NCBI RefSeq assembly: GCF_018398935.1
Contig: NZ_CP074694.1
Location: forward strand, 4,110,001-4,142,000
Direction of reading: 5' to 3'
Origin: Telmatocola sphagniphila
Lineage (GTDB): Bacteria; Planctomycetota; Planctomycetia; Gemmatales; Gemmataceae
Length of the DNA stretch: 32,000 nt
Of this stretch, positions 1 through 8,628 are shown one piece after another; the first letter of the stretch is position 1; each line of letters begins with the position of its first letter. Both the position numbers and the translations under genes were made by a program. Below the pieces are notes generated by a model that saw only the letters and a program-made list of their open reading frames with translations, did not search any database and was not told where the DNA came from.

Positions 1-663
1 CTGGAAGATTGCGCCTTGATTTTAGGGGTGATCCATGGCGCGGATGGTCTCGACAATTGTGCCGTCGATCGCCCTTTCAACTGGCCGGGTCGGAAAGATC
101 TCAAGGGAATCAAGGTCGGTTATGCGGAAGGTGCGAAAGAGGTCAAAGATCGAACGGAATTGCAGGTTCTAAAAGAACTCGGCGTGGAATTGATTCCCCT
201 TTCTTTACCGAACAAAGTGCCGATGGGCATTACCTCGATTATTCTCAATGCCGAATGTGCCTCGGCCTTTGATGATCTGACGCGCAAGGGCGTAACCGAA
301 GGTTTAAACTCCTGGCCGGAGATTTTCCGCGGCGGTCAGTTCATCTCGGCAGTGGAATATCTGCGAGCCAATCGACTGCGAGCCGTGCTCATGGAAGAAA
401 TGGCCAAGATCTTCGAAAAAGTGGACATGTACGTCGGTATTCCAGATCTCGGCATCACCAACTTGACCGGTCACCCGACGGCCGTGATGCCCAATGGGTT
501 CCGAAAGATGAATGAGATCTCGACGCCTACGGCCATCACTTTCACAGGACGGCTGTATGGCGAAAGCGATCTGCTGGCAGTGGCGAGCGCATACCAAAAA
601 GCGACCGGGCACCACCTGAAGCATCCACCAATGGATAAAGTGGTTGTGAAGGAAAAGAAGTAA
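1..663 (+). CDS. Amidase-family protein, C-terminal part (gene starts upstream of the window)
   Basis: Frame 1 is open from base 1 (LEDCALILGVIHGADG...) to TAA at 661-663. The C-terminal layout is typical of amidase-signature enzymes (ITNLTGHPTAVMPNGF ... TAITFTGRLYGESDLLAVASAYQ). The catalytic Ser-Ser-Lys region would lie upstream and is not visible. Confidence 0.75.
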   Translation: MEDCALILGVIHGADGLDNCAVDRPFNWPGRKDLKGIKVGYAEGAKEVKDRTELQVLKELGVELIPLSLPNKVPMGITSIILNAECASAFDDLTRKGVTEGLNSWPEIFRGGQFISAVEYLRANRLRAVLMEEMAKIFEKVDMYVGIPDLGITNLTGHPTAVMPNGFRKMNEISTPTAITFTGRLYGESDLLAVASAYQKATGHHLKHPPMDKVVVKEKK

Positions 664-665
664 GC

Positions 666-3600
666 TCAAACGGCCGGGTGCGACGGTGTTCTCCTCCGTC
701 GCAACACCGGAACCAGGATCGCGGCCAGACCCACCAGGAATACCGGCTCGGGCACCGGTGTCGGCTGCCAAATCAGATCCATGGTGGAGGAACCATCCGA
801 ATTGTTGATGATGCTTGTCGTGATGGTGCCATAACTGCTGTATGAGATTGGGTTGTTATTGGTATCGATCATACCGTAGACAAACGGAGCGTTCGACCCG
901 GTTAGGATAATGCTATTCTGATCGACGAAATTGCCCTTGCTGTTGGTGATGACCCGCCAACTTTCGGACACGCCCCAGAAAGAATCGCCCCAGTTCGGCT
1001 GAGTCGTGCGAATCTGCATCGATGCACCCGGACGAATTATCGTATTACTGGTAGTAATGGTAATGGTGTCGAAACCGCTGCCTGGCTTGGTATTTCCCTG
1101 AGTATTTGAATTCCCGGGGGGCACGTCGATGACTGCTCCGCCGCCAAGGTCCAAGCCATTGGTGATGGTAATAATTCCAGGAGAATCGCCTGGCTTCAAA
1201 ATGCCGCCCGACTGCACCGAGAGAGTGGAAATCGTCCCGTTGCCGTTGACATAACCACCCGATTGAATTGTCACCACTTTGGAAACCTGGCTTGTCGGGT
1301 CGGGCAGCGAGAGTTGCGAAGAATTCGTAACGATCAAATTCCCGGAACCTGTAAAATTTGCCCCGCCGCTGACAGTCAGAGTGGAATTAACTGTTGTGGT
1401 GCCTGTTACGCTTACCGTTCCATTGAGAAGATTCGTGGAACTATTCACCGTGAGCGTCGATCCCAAGGTGATGGTGCCGCTGGTGCTGACGGTGCCGCCG
1501 TTGAAGTAGCCGGGGTTATTGGAAGAGAGAGTTCCATAATTTTGATAATTGCCGCTGGTCGAAAATGTTCCGCCGACGTTGATATTCCCATAATTGATGA
1601 GTGTGCCGGTAGCCGAGTTAGTGAGATCGCCGGGTACTGCTAACGTCGAATTAGTACCTACCGTGAGCGAACCGTTGTTCAGGAACGTGCCAACGGTCGT
1701 AAAACTTTTGCCGTTGATGACCTGAAAGTTGCCGTTGTTGGTGGCCAGATTATTGATGGCATTAAAAGTCGCCCCTGTACCGCTTAATATGACGGTGGTA
1801 CTGGAGGCCAGAGTAGTGATCGATTTCGAGCCAAAATTGATGGTACCATTTGAATTATTGGTGTCTCCCACCGACCAGGTACCGCCGGTCAACGTACCGC
1901 CCGAGAAATTGATGATGTTGCTGTTACTGAGATCGAGCGTTCCATTCTGAACGTCCACCGTTCCGGTGTTATTGAAATTCAAACCTGCGGTGAAGGTCCT
2001 ACCCCCTTGAAGGGACAATGTACCGTTATTGGTGCTCAAGCCATTGATAGCTGTGAAGGTCGCATTGGGGCCACCCAGGATCACGGTAGTATTGGCCGCG
2101 ATGGTGGTAATGAGATTGGAGCCAAAGCTCAGAGTGGAATTATCGTTGACTTGCCAGATTCCGCCCGTGAGGGTATTCGCCGCATAGTTGGTGATATTCA
2201 CCGTGCTGAGATCGAGGCTCCCTGTTACGGTCAGCGTTCCATTATTGGTAAATGTGATATTGGTGATCGTCCCGCCGGTGTAATTGAGTGTACCGTTGTT
2301 GATTAAGGTACCCGTCCCGGTGATGGATCCGGTGGAGAGATTGATTGTCGAAGTTGCGGCCGATGTAAAAACGGAACCACTGGGAAGGCTAAGTGTTCCG
2401 CCACTGATAGCAAATTGACCTGCAACTGGATTAGTCGTTCCTGCCGTGGCGACTGCAATTCCACCTTCATTCAAGGTCAGGTTACTTACAACGATCCCGG
2501 GATTTAAAGTTGTCGTGCCGTTAGCAACAGTGAATCCATAGGCGCCATTGAGATTATCGGAGGTAGTGAGATCGAGATCAATTCCATTGATGGAGAGATT
2601 GCCTACGATTGGACCTCGGTTGACGAGAGTCGGAGCACCCGTACCATTTACACCTACGAAAACTTGCTGATAGTAACCCGTCGTTATTGTGTATCCATTG
2701 GCATTTATAACACTACCTGCGTCCTGCAAGTTTATATTTGCGTAGCTAAAAGCGGATACATCCAGATTTGCTCCAAGTGTGAGAGTGCTACCCGATGCAA
2801 CGCTCACACCGGCTTGGCCTGCAATATTCCCAGCTTGCGTCGTTGTTGCTGAAGCTCCATTCGTCAGACTTAATCCGCTAACTACAACACCGGTCCCTAA
2901 AACGGTCGTAGCGAGGTTGCCACTCAAGCTCAATCCATAACCGCCATTAAGTTGATCCGCGGGACTTAAAGTAAAGCTTTGATTTGCAATCGAGAGATTT
3001 CCTAGGATCGGGCCTCTACTCTGTAATGTAGGATTACCGATACCATTTGTGCCAATGAAGAATTGCTGATAATACCCCGTCTTAATACTATATCCATTCG
3101 CATTTAATACACTGCCCGCATCTTGCAAGTTGACGTTGGCATAATTGAAGGCGGAAAGATCTAAATTTGCACCCAAATTAAGCGTACTTCCCGATGTGAT
3201 ATTAACGCCAACCTGCCCCGCAATATTCCCTGTCTGCGTTGTGGTCGCAGTTGCGCCGTTAGACAAATTAAGTCCGCTGATGACAATTCCAGTACCTAAA
3301 ACTGTTGTGGCGGCAACTCCGCTGAGACTCAAACCATAAGGCCCAGTAATTTGATCGGCTGTGGTCAACGTAATGCTTTGATTTGCTACTGACAAACTGC
3401 CAATAATAGGACCGCGATGAAGGATAGTTGGATTACCGGTACCGGTCAATCCGATGTTTACACTACCATAAGGCCCAGTAGTGATTGTATGGAACTGACA
3501 ATCCAAAACGCTTCCACTATCAGTCAGATTAACACTTCCCGCGTTCAAATTGGTCAGATTTAGGTCTGCTCCCAAAGTAAGAGAACTGCCTGTTGATATT

Positions 3601-5657
3601 GAGACACCATTGGTAATATTTCCAATCTGTGAAGTAGTTGCGGTCGCACCGTTACTCAAATAGAGACTGGACACCACAACTCCAGGAACCAAGGCTGTCG
3701 ATCCATTACTCAGCGAAAATCCAGAAGCTCCATTCAACTGATCTGAGGCAGTCAAAGTAATATTCTGATTCGCTACCGACAAACCCCCAATTATCGGACC
3801 ACGATTCAACAACGTCGGATTTCCAGATCCGGTTACACCGATACTGAGTGTCCCATTCGTGCCCGTGTTGATCGTGTAACCATTCGCATTCAACACACTT
3901 CCCGAATCCTGCAAATACACATTCTGGCCTGTACCCGCCGACAAATCCAGATTCGCTCCCAAGGTCAAAGTACTGCCACTAGTAATAATTACGCTACCTG
4001 TTATATTCCCCGTCTGAGTCGTAGTCGCTGAAGCAGAGTTGTTTAACGTTAAACTACTTATCACCACACCCGAACCCAACGTCGTCGAACCGTTACTCAA
4101 CGTCAAACCGTTAGCTCCGGTGATCTGATCCGCCGCAGTCAAAGTAATATTCTGATTCGATACCGACAAATTCCCAATAATCGGACCCCGATTTTGAATT
4201 GTTGGCATTCCAGAGCCGGAGGTGCCGATATTTACTCCACCAAAGAAGCCGGTTGTGATCGAATATCCATTGGCATTCAACACACTGGCGTTGTCTTGTA
4301 GATTTACGAAGCCAAATCCAGTACTATTCGCAGACACATCAAGATTCGCTCCTAGGGTTAACGTACTTCCAGTCGCTATTGTTATAGACCCGGTGATATT
4401 CCCCGTCTGAGTCGTAGTAGCCTTTGCACTATTGCTCAACGAAAGAGTACTCACCACTACCCCAGTTCCCAAGGTCGTCGTACCGTTACTTAAACTAAAC
4501 CCGCTTGAACCTGTGATCTGATCTGAAGAAGTTAATGTGAAATCTTGATTGGCAACCGACAAACTGCCGATGATCGGCCCCCGATTCAACAACGTCGGAT
4601 TGCCCGAACCATTAACACCGATGTTCAAGACACCGAATTGACCAACATTGATCGTGTGACCATTCGCATTCAAGGTGCTACCTGAATCTTGCAAATTCAC
4701 ACTGTACCCATTGTTCGCCGATAAATCCAAATTCGCACCCAACGTTAAGGTGCTTCCGTTTGCCACAGTCACGGTTCCGGTAATATTCCCAGTTTGCGTT
4801 GTGGTTGCATTCGAACCGTAAAGTGTTAAACTGCTAACTACCGATCCAGCCACAAGAGTGGAGGAACCATTGGTCAGAGTAAATCCATTGGCTCCTGTTA
4901 AATTGTCTGATGAAATGAGGTTGAAAGTCTGATTCGAAACCGACAGGTTACCTATGATTGGTCCTCGATTCTGCAATGTCGGATTTCCTGAACCCGAATC
5001 GCCGATACTCAACACTCCGTATTGGCCGGTATTAATCGTGTGACCATTGGCATTCAAAACGCTGCCGGCATCTGTCAGATAAATGCTTCCCCCATTGGCC
5101 GACAGATCGAGATTAGCACCCAATGTCAGTGTGCTGCCAGTGCTCACATAAATGCTGCTCGGAGCGTTCGCGGAAGTAATGTTATTTACCGAAGCGGTTG
5201 TCAGACTCGCCCCAGCAGCCAGGGCAATCGAGTTCACACTATCATTGGCATTCATCACGAGTGTATTGGACCCGTTCATATTTAACGTGCCCAATACCAG
5301 ATAGCCAGTCGTTCGGGTGATCGCTCCGTTACCACCGTTACCGATCGTTAGCGATCCTGCCGTGAGGGTATAGGCACCGAGATTCAGGATACCACTCGCA
5401 CTCGCTCCGTCGCCCAAGGTCACATCATTCGCATATTGAGCCTGGAGCAACGCCACGGTCGCGCTATTGGCACCACCCCCCGTGCTACCAATGTAGACGC
5501 TATCATTGACCCCCGGAATTCCACTCGGCGTCCAGGTGCCAGCCGTGCTCCAGTTTCCGTTCCCTGTCGCATAGTAAGTTGTCTGAGCTTTCAAATCGGA
5601 GTTTGAATAAAGCGCTGCAAGAACAGCCGCTAAAAGCCAGCGTCGGCGGATACGCAT
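666..5657 (-). CDS. Giant secreted beta-helical repeat protein (1663 aa) with C-terminal PEP-CTERM sorting signal
   Basis: Uninterrupted 4992-nt ORF. N-terminal signal peptide MRIRRRWLLAAVLAALYSNSDLKAQ. Gly/Thr/Asn/Ser-rich beta-strand repeats throughout, with an N-terminal GNGNWSTAGTWTPSGIPGVNDSVYIG motif like autotransporter-associated beta-strand proteins. C-terminus PVPEPVFLVGLAAILVPVLRRRR is a PEP motif, a hydrophobic helix and an Arg cluster. Confidence 0.9.
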   Translation of the reverse strand: MRIRRRWLLAAVLAALYSNSDLKAQTTYYATGNGNWSTAGTWTPSGIPGVNDSVYIGSTGGGANSATVALLQAQYANDVTLGDGASASGILNLGAYTLTAGSLTIGNGGNGAITRTTGYLVLGTLNMNGSNTLVMNANDSVNSIALAAGASLTTASVNNITSANAPSSIYVSTGSTLTLGANLDLSANGGSIYLTDAGSVLNANGHTINTGQYGVLSIGDSGSGNPTLQNRGPIIGNLSVSNQTFNLISSDNLTGANGFTLTNGSSTLVAGSVVSSLTLYGSNATTTQTGNITGTVTVANGSTLTLGANLDLSANNGYSVNLQDSGSTLNANGHTINVGQFGVLNIGVNGSGNPTLLNRGPIIGSLSVANQDFTLTSSDQITGSSGFSLSNGTTTLGTGVVVSTLSLSNSAKATTTQTGNITGSITIATGSTLTLGANLDVSANSTGFGFVNLQDNASVLNANGYSITTGFFGGVNIGTSGSGMPTIQNRGPIIGNLSVSNQNITLTAADQITGANGLTLSNGSTTLGSGVVISSLTLNNSASATTTQTGNITGSVIITSGSTLTLGANLDLSAGTGQNVYLQDSGSVLNANGYTINTGTNGTLSIGVTGSGNPTLLNRGPIIGGLSVANQNITLTASDQLNGASGFSLSNGSTALVPGVVVSSLYLSNGATATTSQIGNITNGVSISTGSSLTLGADLNLTNLNAGSVNLTDSGSVLDCQFHTITTGPYGSVNIGLTGTGNPTILHRGPIIGSLSVANQSITLTTADQITGPYGLSLSGVAATTVLGTGIVISGLNLSNGATATTTQTGNIAGQVGVNITSGSTLNLGANLDLSAFNYANVNLQDAGSVLNANGYSIKTGYYQQFFIGTNGIGNPTLQSRGPILGNLSIANQSFTLSPADQLNGGYGLSLSGNLATTVLGTGVVVSGLSLTNGASATTTQAGNIAGQAGVSVASGSTLTLGANLDVSAFSYANINLQDAGSVINANGYTITTGYYQQVFVGVNGTGAPTLVNRGPIVGNLSINGIDLDLTTSDNLNGAYGFTVANGTTTLNPGIVVSNLTLNEGGIAVATAGTTNPVAGQFAISGGTLSLPSGSVFTSAATSTINLSTGSITGTGTLINNGTLNYTGGTITNITFTNNGTLTVTGSLDLSTVNITNYAANTLTGGIWQVNDNSTLSFGSNLITTIAANTTVILGGPNATFTAINGLSTNNGTLSLQGGRTFTAGLNFNNTGTVDVQNGTLDLSNSNIINFSGGTLTGGTWSVGDTNNSNGTINFGSKSITTLASSTTVILSGTGATFNAINNLATNNGNFQVINGKSFTTVGTFLNNGSLTVGTNSTLAVPGDLTNSATGTLINYGNINVGGTFSTSGNYQNYGTLSSNNPGYFNGGTVSTSGTITLGSTLTVNSSTNLLNGTVSVTGTTTVNSTLTVSGGANFTGSGNLIVTNSSQLSLPDPTSQVSKVVTIQSGGYVNGNGTISTLSVQSGGILKPGDSPGIITITNGLDLGGGAVIDVPPGNSNTQGNTKPGSGFDTITITTSNTIIRPGASMQIRTTQPNWGDSFWGVSESWRVITNSKGNFVDQNSIILTGSNAPFVYGMIDTNNNPISYSSYGTITTSIINNSDGSSTMDLIWQPTPVPEPVFLVGLAAILVPVLRRRRTPSHPAV
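669..764 (-). other. PEP-CTERM sorting domain coding segment (last 32 codons of the giant protein)
   Basis: Translation PTPVPEPVFLVGLAAILVPVLRRRRTPSHPAV. It has the canonical order VPEP, TM helix, RRRR, plus an unusual 7-residue tail after the Arg cluster. Confidence 0.8.
679..703. terminator. GC-rich hairpin at a convergent gene junction (candidate bidirectional terminator, embedded in the last codons of the giant gene)
   Basis: tgcgacgg (679-686) pairs with ccgtcgca (696-703) across a 9-nt loop, 16 nt after the amidase stop. An alternative stem is cggtgtt/aacaccg (684-690/703-709). There is no U-tract on either strand. Confidence 0.3.
1668..2240 (-). repeat. Second repeat type: two copies of an about 90-codon module in the C-terminal third of the giant gene
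   Basis: LTGGIWQVNDNSTLSFGSNLITTIAANTTVILGGPNATFTAINGLSTNNGTLSLQGGRTFT aligns with LTGGTWSVGDTNNSNGTINFGSKSITTLASSTTVILSGTGATFNAINNLATNNGNFQVINGKSFT (residues about 1140-1330). Confidence 0.75.
2406..5138 (-). repeat. Seven in-frame tandem coding repeats of about 127-133 codons (about 380-400 bp each) inside the giant gene
   Basis: Repeat anchors GSTLTLGANLD occur at residues 174, 301, 430, 561, 690, 823 and 956. Each unit repeats LQD(S/A)GSVLNANG(Y/H)TI.TG, GSGNPTL.NRGPIIG.LSVANQ..TLT..DQ(I/L)(T/N)G and ATTTQTGNI(T/A)G. DNA-level similarity is visible, e.g. cgattcaacaacgtcggatt near 3796 and again near 4574. Confidence 0.9.
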
Positions 5658-5774
5658 ATTCAGGACACCAGAAAGCGAAAGAGGTCTATCGATGAAGTTC
5701 AGTTAAGTAATGGCGGGGCATGGACTTAACGATCCCGAGATTTTCGGATTGTGAAGTGTAAATCAAGGAAGGGT

Positions 5775-5807
5775 CTGCTGTCGAGTAAATTTTCTACCCG
5801 ACAGCAG
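5775..5807 (-). terminator. Hairpin downstream of the dienelactone hydrolase gene (candidate terminator)
   Basis: ctgctgtcg (5775-5783) pairs with cgacagcag (5799-5807), a 9-bp perfect stem with a 15-nt loop, 19 bp after the stop at 5826. No clear U-tract. Confidence 0.3.
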
Positions 5808-5825
5808 GAAAGTACGAAAAATTAA

Positions 5826-6605
5826 CTACTTGGCGAAAACTTTATGGAACAGGTCCTGCATCTGCTGCCAAGACTTCTCATCCGCGGCCTTGTTGTAAGC
5901 CATCCCCGGCAACTTTCTCTTATCCGCCTCGGCCACCGTAAAGCTGTGAACCGCTCCCGGATAGTTTTCGAATTGCAGGTCCACTCCAGCTTGGGTCAAC
6001 GCGGCCTTGAAATTCTTAATGGAAGCGGCCGAGACAAAGGTATCATCCGCGCCGTTGCAAACCAGCACCTTGGCCTTGATGGCTTTCGCATCGGTTTCTG
6101 ACGGAGTCGGCAACCCTGCATGGAATGTACACACCGCTTTCAAGTTGGCCCCGGAATAGGCCAGTTCCAGAGCCGTCGAACCTCCGAAACAGTAACCGAT
6201 CGCCGCCAATTTGCTCGAATCCACCTCGGGCTGGGACGCCAAAATCTTCAAACCAGCATTAGCACGACCCTGCCAAATCTTAACGTTGTTGCGAACCAAA
6301 GTGGACATTTTGCCTGCATCTTCCGGATGCTCCGTCGTCGCTCCCTCCCCATACATGTCCGGACAAAATGCCACATAACCCAGCTTCGCTAGAGCTTTCG
6401 CCCGTTCCTTGGCATAGTCGTTCAAGCCCCACCACTCATGAACCACCAACACTCCCGGCTTCTTGTCCTTATGAGCATCATCGTAAGCCAGAAAACCAAC
6501 GAGTTTAGTTCCTTCGTAGGTATATTCGATGGTCCGCGTCTTCACTTCCGCTCGGACCAGCGAGGCCCCGAAAAGAATCACCATTGCTGACAAAATCTGT
6601 TTCAT
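5826..6605 (-). CDS. Dienelactone hydrolase family protein, secreted
   Basis: Signal peptide MKQILSAMVILFGASLVRA. Nucleophile motif IGYCFGG with Cys, and C-terminal PGAVHSF histidine. Length 259 aa is typical for the family. Confidence 0.85.
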   Translation of the reverse strand: MKQILSAMVILFGASLVRAEVKTRTIEYTYEGTKLVGFLAYDDAHKDKKPGVLVVHEWWGLNDYAKERAKALAKLGYVAFCPDMYGEGATTEHPEDAGKMSTLVRNNVKIWQGRANAGLKILASQPEVDSSKLAAIGYCFGGSTALELAYSGANLKAVCTFHAGLPTPSETDAKAIKAKVLVCNGADDTFVSAASIKNFKAALTQAGVDLQFENYPGAVHSFTVAEADKRKLPGMAYNKAADEKSWQQMQDLFHKVFAK

Positions 6606-6677
6606 GCTGTTTCTCCTGAGGTTGAGAGGATTCCGTAGATTGCTACATCGAATCTCCAGACATCTTACGCCGGAGTG

Positions 6678-7355
6678 TTAATTGAGTCGTTCCCCTTCCA
6701 ACTCCCGGAAACGTTTTTCATCGATTCTTGCGAATTTCACAGCGTCCCCGACATCGATAGGGAAGTACCGATCCTCAACATCGACGAGCACCAGAGGCGT
6801 TCTAGCCACAATATTCCAGCCTCCCGGCCGAACCAGCGGATACACGCCAGTCTGTTTACCGGTCATTCCCACGGAACCAGCTTCTAACCGTAATCGCGGC
6901 GTGTCGAGCCGCGGCACATTCTGCAATGCCTCCGGTAGATAGCCGAGATAGGGGAAGCCGGGGGAAAATCCGATGGCATAGACGGTGTAGGTAACCGAGG
7001 TGTGCTGCTCAATGACTTGTTCCGGATTCAGCCTGGTGAAATCGCAAACGCGGCTCATGTCCTTTTGCATCTCATAGCAGCAGGGAATTAGATGCGTTTT
7101 ACCCGTAACACTCTCCGCTTGGAAATCAGAGATTTCCAATCCCCCACGGAGTGTCACTATCAATTCCTGAATTCGAATTTTGCTTCGGTCGAAGAAAATG
7201 CCAACGGAGCTATAGGCCGGCACCGCATCCTGAAGCCAGCCGGGATTTTGAGCTCTTAGCTGGACAGCAAAAGTTTGCGCGGCGACCTCAGTTGACCAGT
7301 AAGTCAGAATCGCCTGATCACCCAAAGGACTTATCTTGATGGGAAATAATAGCAT
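6678..7355 (-). CDS. pxpB: 5-oxoprolinase subunit B / KipI (allophanate hydrolase subunit 1) family protein
   Basis: Family-typical motifs AIGFSPGFPYLGYLPEAL, PRLDTPRLRLEAGSVGMTGKQTGVYP, PGGWNIVARTP. 225 aa. Confidence 0.8.
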   Translation of the reverse strand: MLLFPIKISPLGDQAILTYWSTEVAAQTFAVQLRAQNPGWLQDAVPAYSSVGIFFDRSKIRIQELIVTLRGGLEISDFQAESVTGKTHLIPCCYEMQKDMSRVCDFTRLNPEQVIEQHTSVTYTVYAIGFSPGFPYLGYLPEALQNVPRLDTPRLRLEAGSVGMTGKQTGVYPLVRPGGWNIVARTPLVLVDVEDRYFPIDVGDAVKFARIDEKRFRELEGERLN

Positions 7356-7580
7356 AACATCAGTGATTTCTAGAGCCCGGATTTAAAAACGCCGGCTGTT
7401 ATGGCCAATTCAAATCAAAAACAGAGATGAGTTTCTATCTTAGGGACGATTGGGACAGGATCTTTCGCCCCCCCTTGGAACTCTTCAGGTTTACCTGACA
7501 TACTCGGCCACTGCGGCGCAGCAAAAAACAGCCCCGTTCATATTCTGAACAATGGAATTTGCGGATCTGCGGAGTGAACT

Positions 7581-8609
7581 ATGCCGAAGCGACCGATGGC
7601 GATCTATCACGAACATCCTGACTGGTTCCGCCCCTTATTCGCGGAACTGGATCGACGGGAGCAATCCTATGTTCGTTTGGATCCGCGAGCCCATCTCTAC
7701 AATCCCGCAGAAATCAGTTCCCCATATTCTCTAGTTTTCAACCGGATGAGCCCCTCCGCTTATCTCCGCGATGGCGTGCAGGGGATGTTTTTTACCTTGA
7801 GCTATCTCGCCCATCTCGAACGGCTGCATGTTCCGGTAATCAATGGCCTGCAAGCTTTCACCGTGGAAACTTCCAAGGCCCGCCAGTTGGATCTGCTCGA
7901 ATCGCTGGGGCTGCCCTATCCGAGAGCCATCGTCATTAATCATCCGTCCAGAGCGGTGGAAGCCGCAAAAAATTTGCGCTTCCCAGTGGTCGTCAAAGCG
8001 AACATCGGCGGCAGTGGAGCCGGGATCGTCCGGTTCGACCAACTCGAAGATCTTGCTCGCGCGGCCGAGGAAAATCGTCTTGACTTTGGCGTCGATCACA
8101 CGGCGCTGGTTCAAGAGTACATCCCGGCCCGTGGCGGCCATATCGTCCGGGTCGAACTACTCGGCGCCCGGTATATGTACGCCATCAAGGTCTTTACAAC
8201 CGGCGAATCTTTCAATCTCTGCCCGGCGGATATTTGCCAACGCAGTGATGGCATGGCCCTTGAGCGTTCGGCCTGCCCGGTGGATGCCCCGAAAACCGGA
8301 TTGAAGGTCGAATCTTATACTCCGCCGATTTCGGTGATCGAAGCCTGCGAAGAGATCATGGAGAATGCCCAGATCGACATCGGCGGCATTGAGTATATGG
8401 TCGATGATCGCGATGGCCGGCTGGTCTATTATGACATTAACGCTCTCTCGAATTTCGTGGCCGATGCCAAGAATGTCGTCGGCTTCGATCCGTTTGCCCG
8501 ATTAGTCGATTTTCTTCAGGATGTCGCCCAGCGCGGCTATATCCCGACACGGCTCAAGAAGCATTCTGCGGTCGATTCCGATTTCGCCTGCTGGGACGCT
8601 GCACTGTAA
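7581..8609 (+). CDS. ATP-grasp domain protein (RimK / glutathione-synthetase-like ligase fold), substrate unknown
   Basis: SKARQLDLLESLGLPYP, then FPVVVKANIGGSGAGIVRF (Gly-rich ATP-grasp loop), LVQEYIP, and GGIEYMVDDRDGRLVYYDINALSNF (Mg/ATP-binding C-terminal motif). GGAG lies 6 nt upstream of the ATG. Confidence 0.75.
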   Translation: MPKRPMAIYHEHPDWFRPLFAELDRREQSYVRLDPRAHLYNPAEISSPYSLVFNRMSPSAYLRDGVQGMFFTLSYLAHLERLHVPVINGLQAFTVETSKARQLDLLESLGLPYPRAIVINHPSRAVEAAKNLRFPVVVKANIGGSGAGIVRFDQLEDLARAAEENRLDFGVDHTALVQEYIPARGGHIVRVELLGARYMYAIKVFTTGESFNLCPADICQRSDGMALERSACPVDAPKTGLKVESYTPPISVIEACEEIMENAQIDIGGIEYMVDDRDGRLVYYDINALSNFVADAKNVVGFDPFARLVDFLQDVAQRGYIPTRLKKHSAVDSDFACWDAAL

Positions 8610-8628
8610 AAAAACGGGAAATTTCACC

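Noticed and set aside
304-771. 155-aa minus-strand ORF spanning the amidase 3' end and the giant-gene 3' end
   Set aside because: It overlaps two better-supported genes. Its product is low-complexity (Gly/Arg/His-rich) with no motifs.
2406-5138. Periodic repeats considered as a CRISPR array, satellite or mobile-element remnant
   Set aside because: The period is about 390 bp and the units are contiguous, with no unique spacers. All units are in frame and conserved at protein level, so these are coding tandem repeats.
1263-5285. Numerous 60-126-aa plus-strand ORFs within the giant repeat gene
   Set aside because: All lie antisense to one uninterrupted 1663-codon ORF with a signal peptide and sorting signal. 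Their recurrence simply mirrors the tandem repeats.
8521-8628. 36-codon N-terminal extension of the LLM monooxygenase ORF
   Set aside because: It would overlap the end of the ATP-grasp gene by 89 bp. LLM enzymes of this subgroup begin right at the beta-1 strand (MRYGYWMP), so ATG 8629 is preferred.
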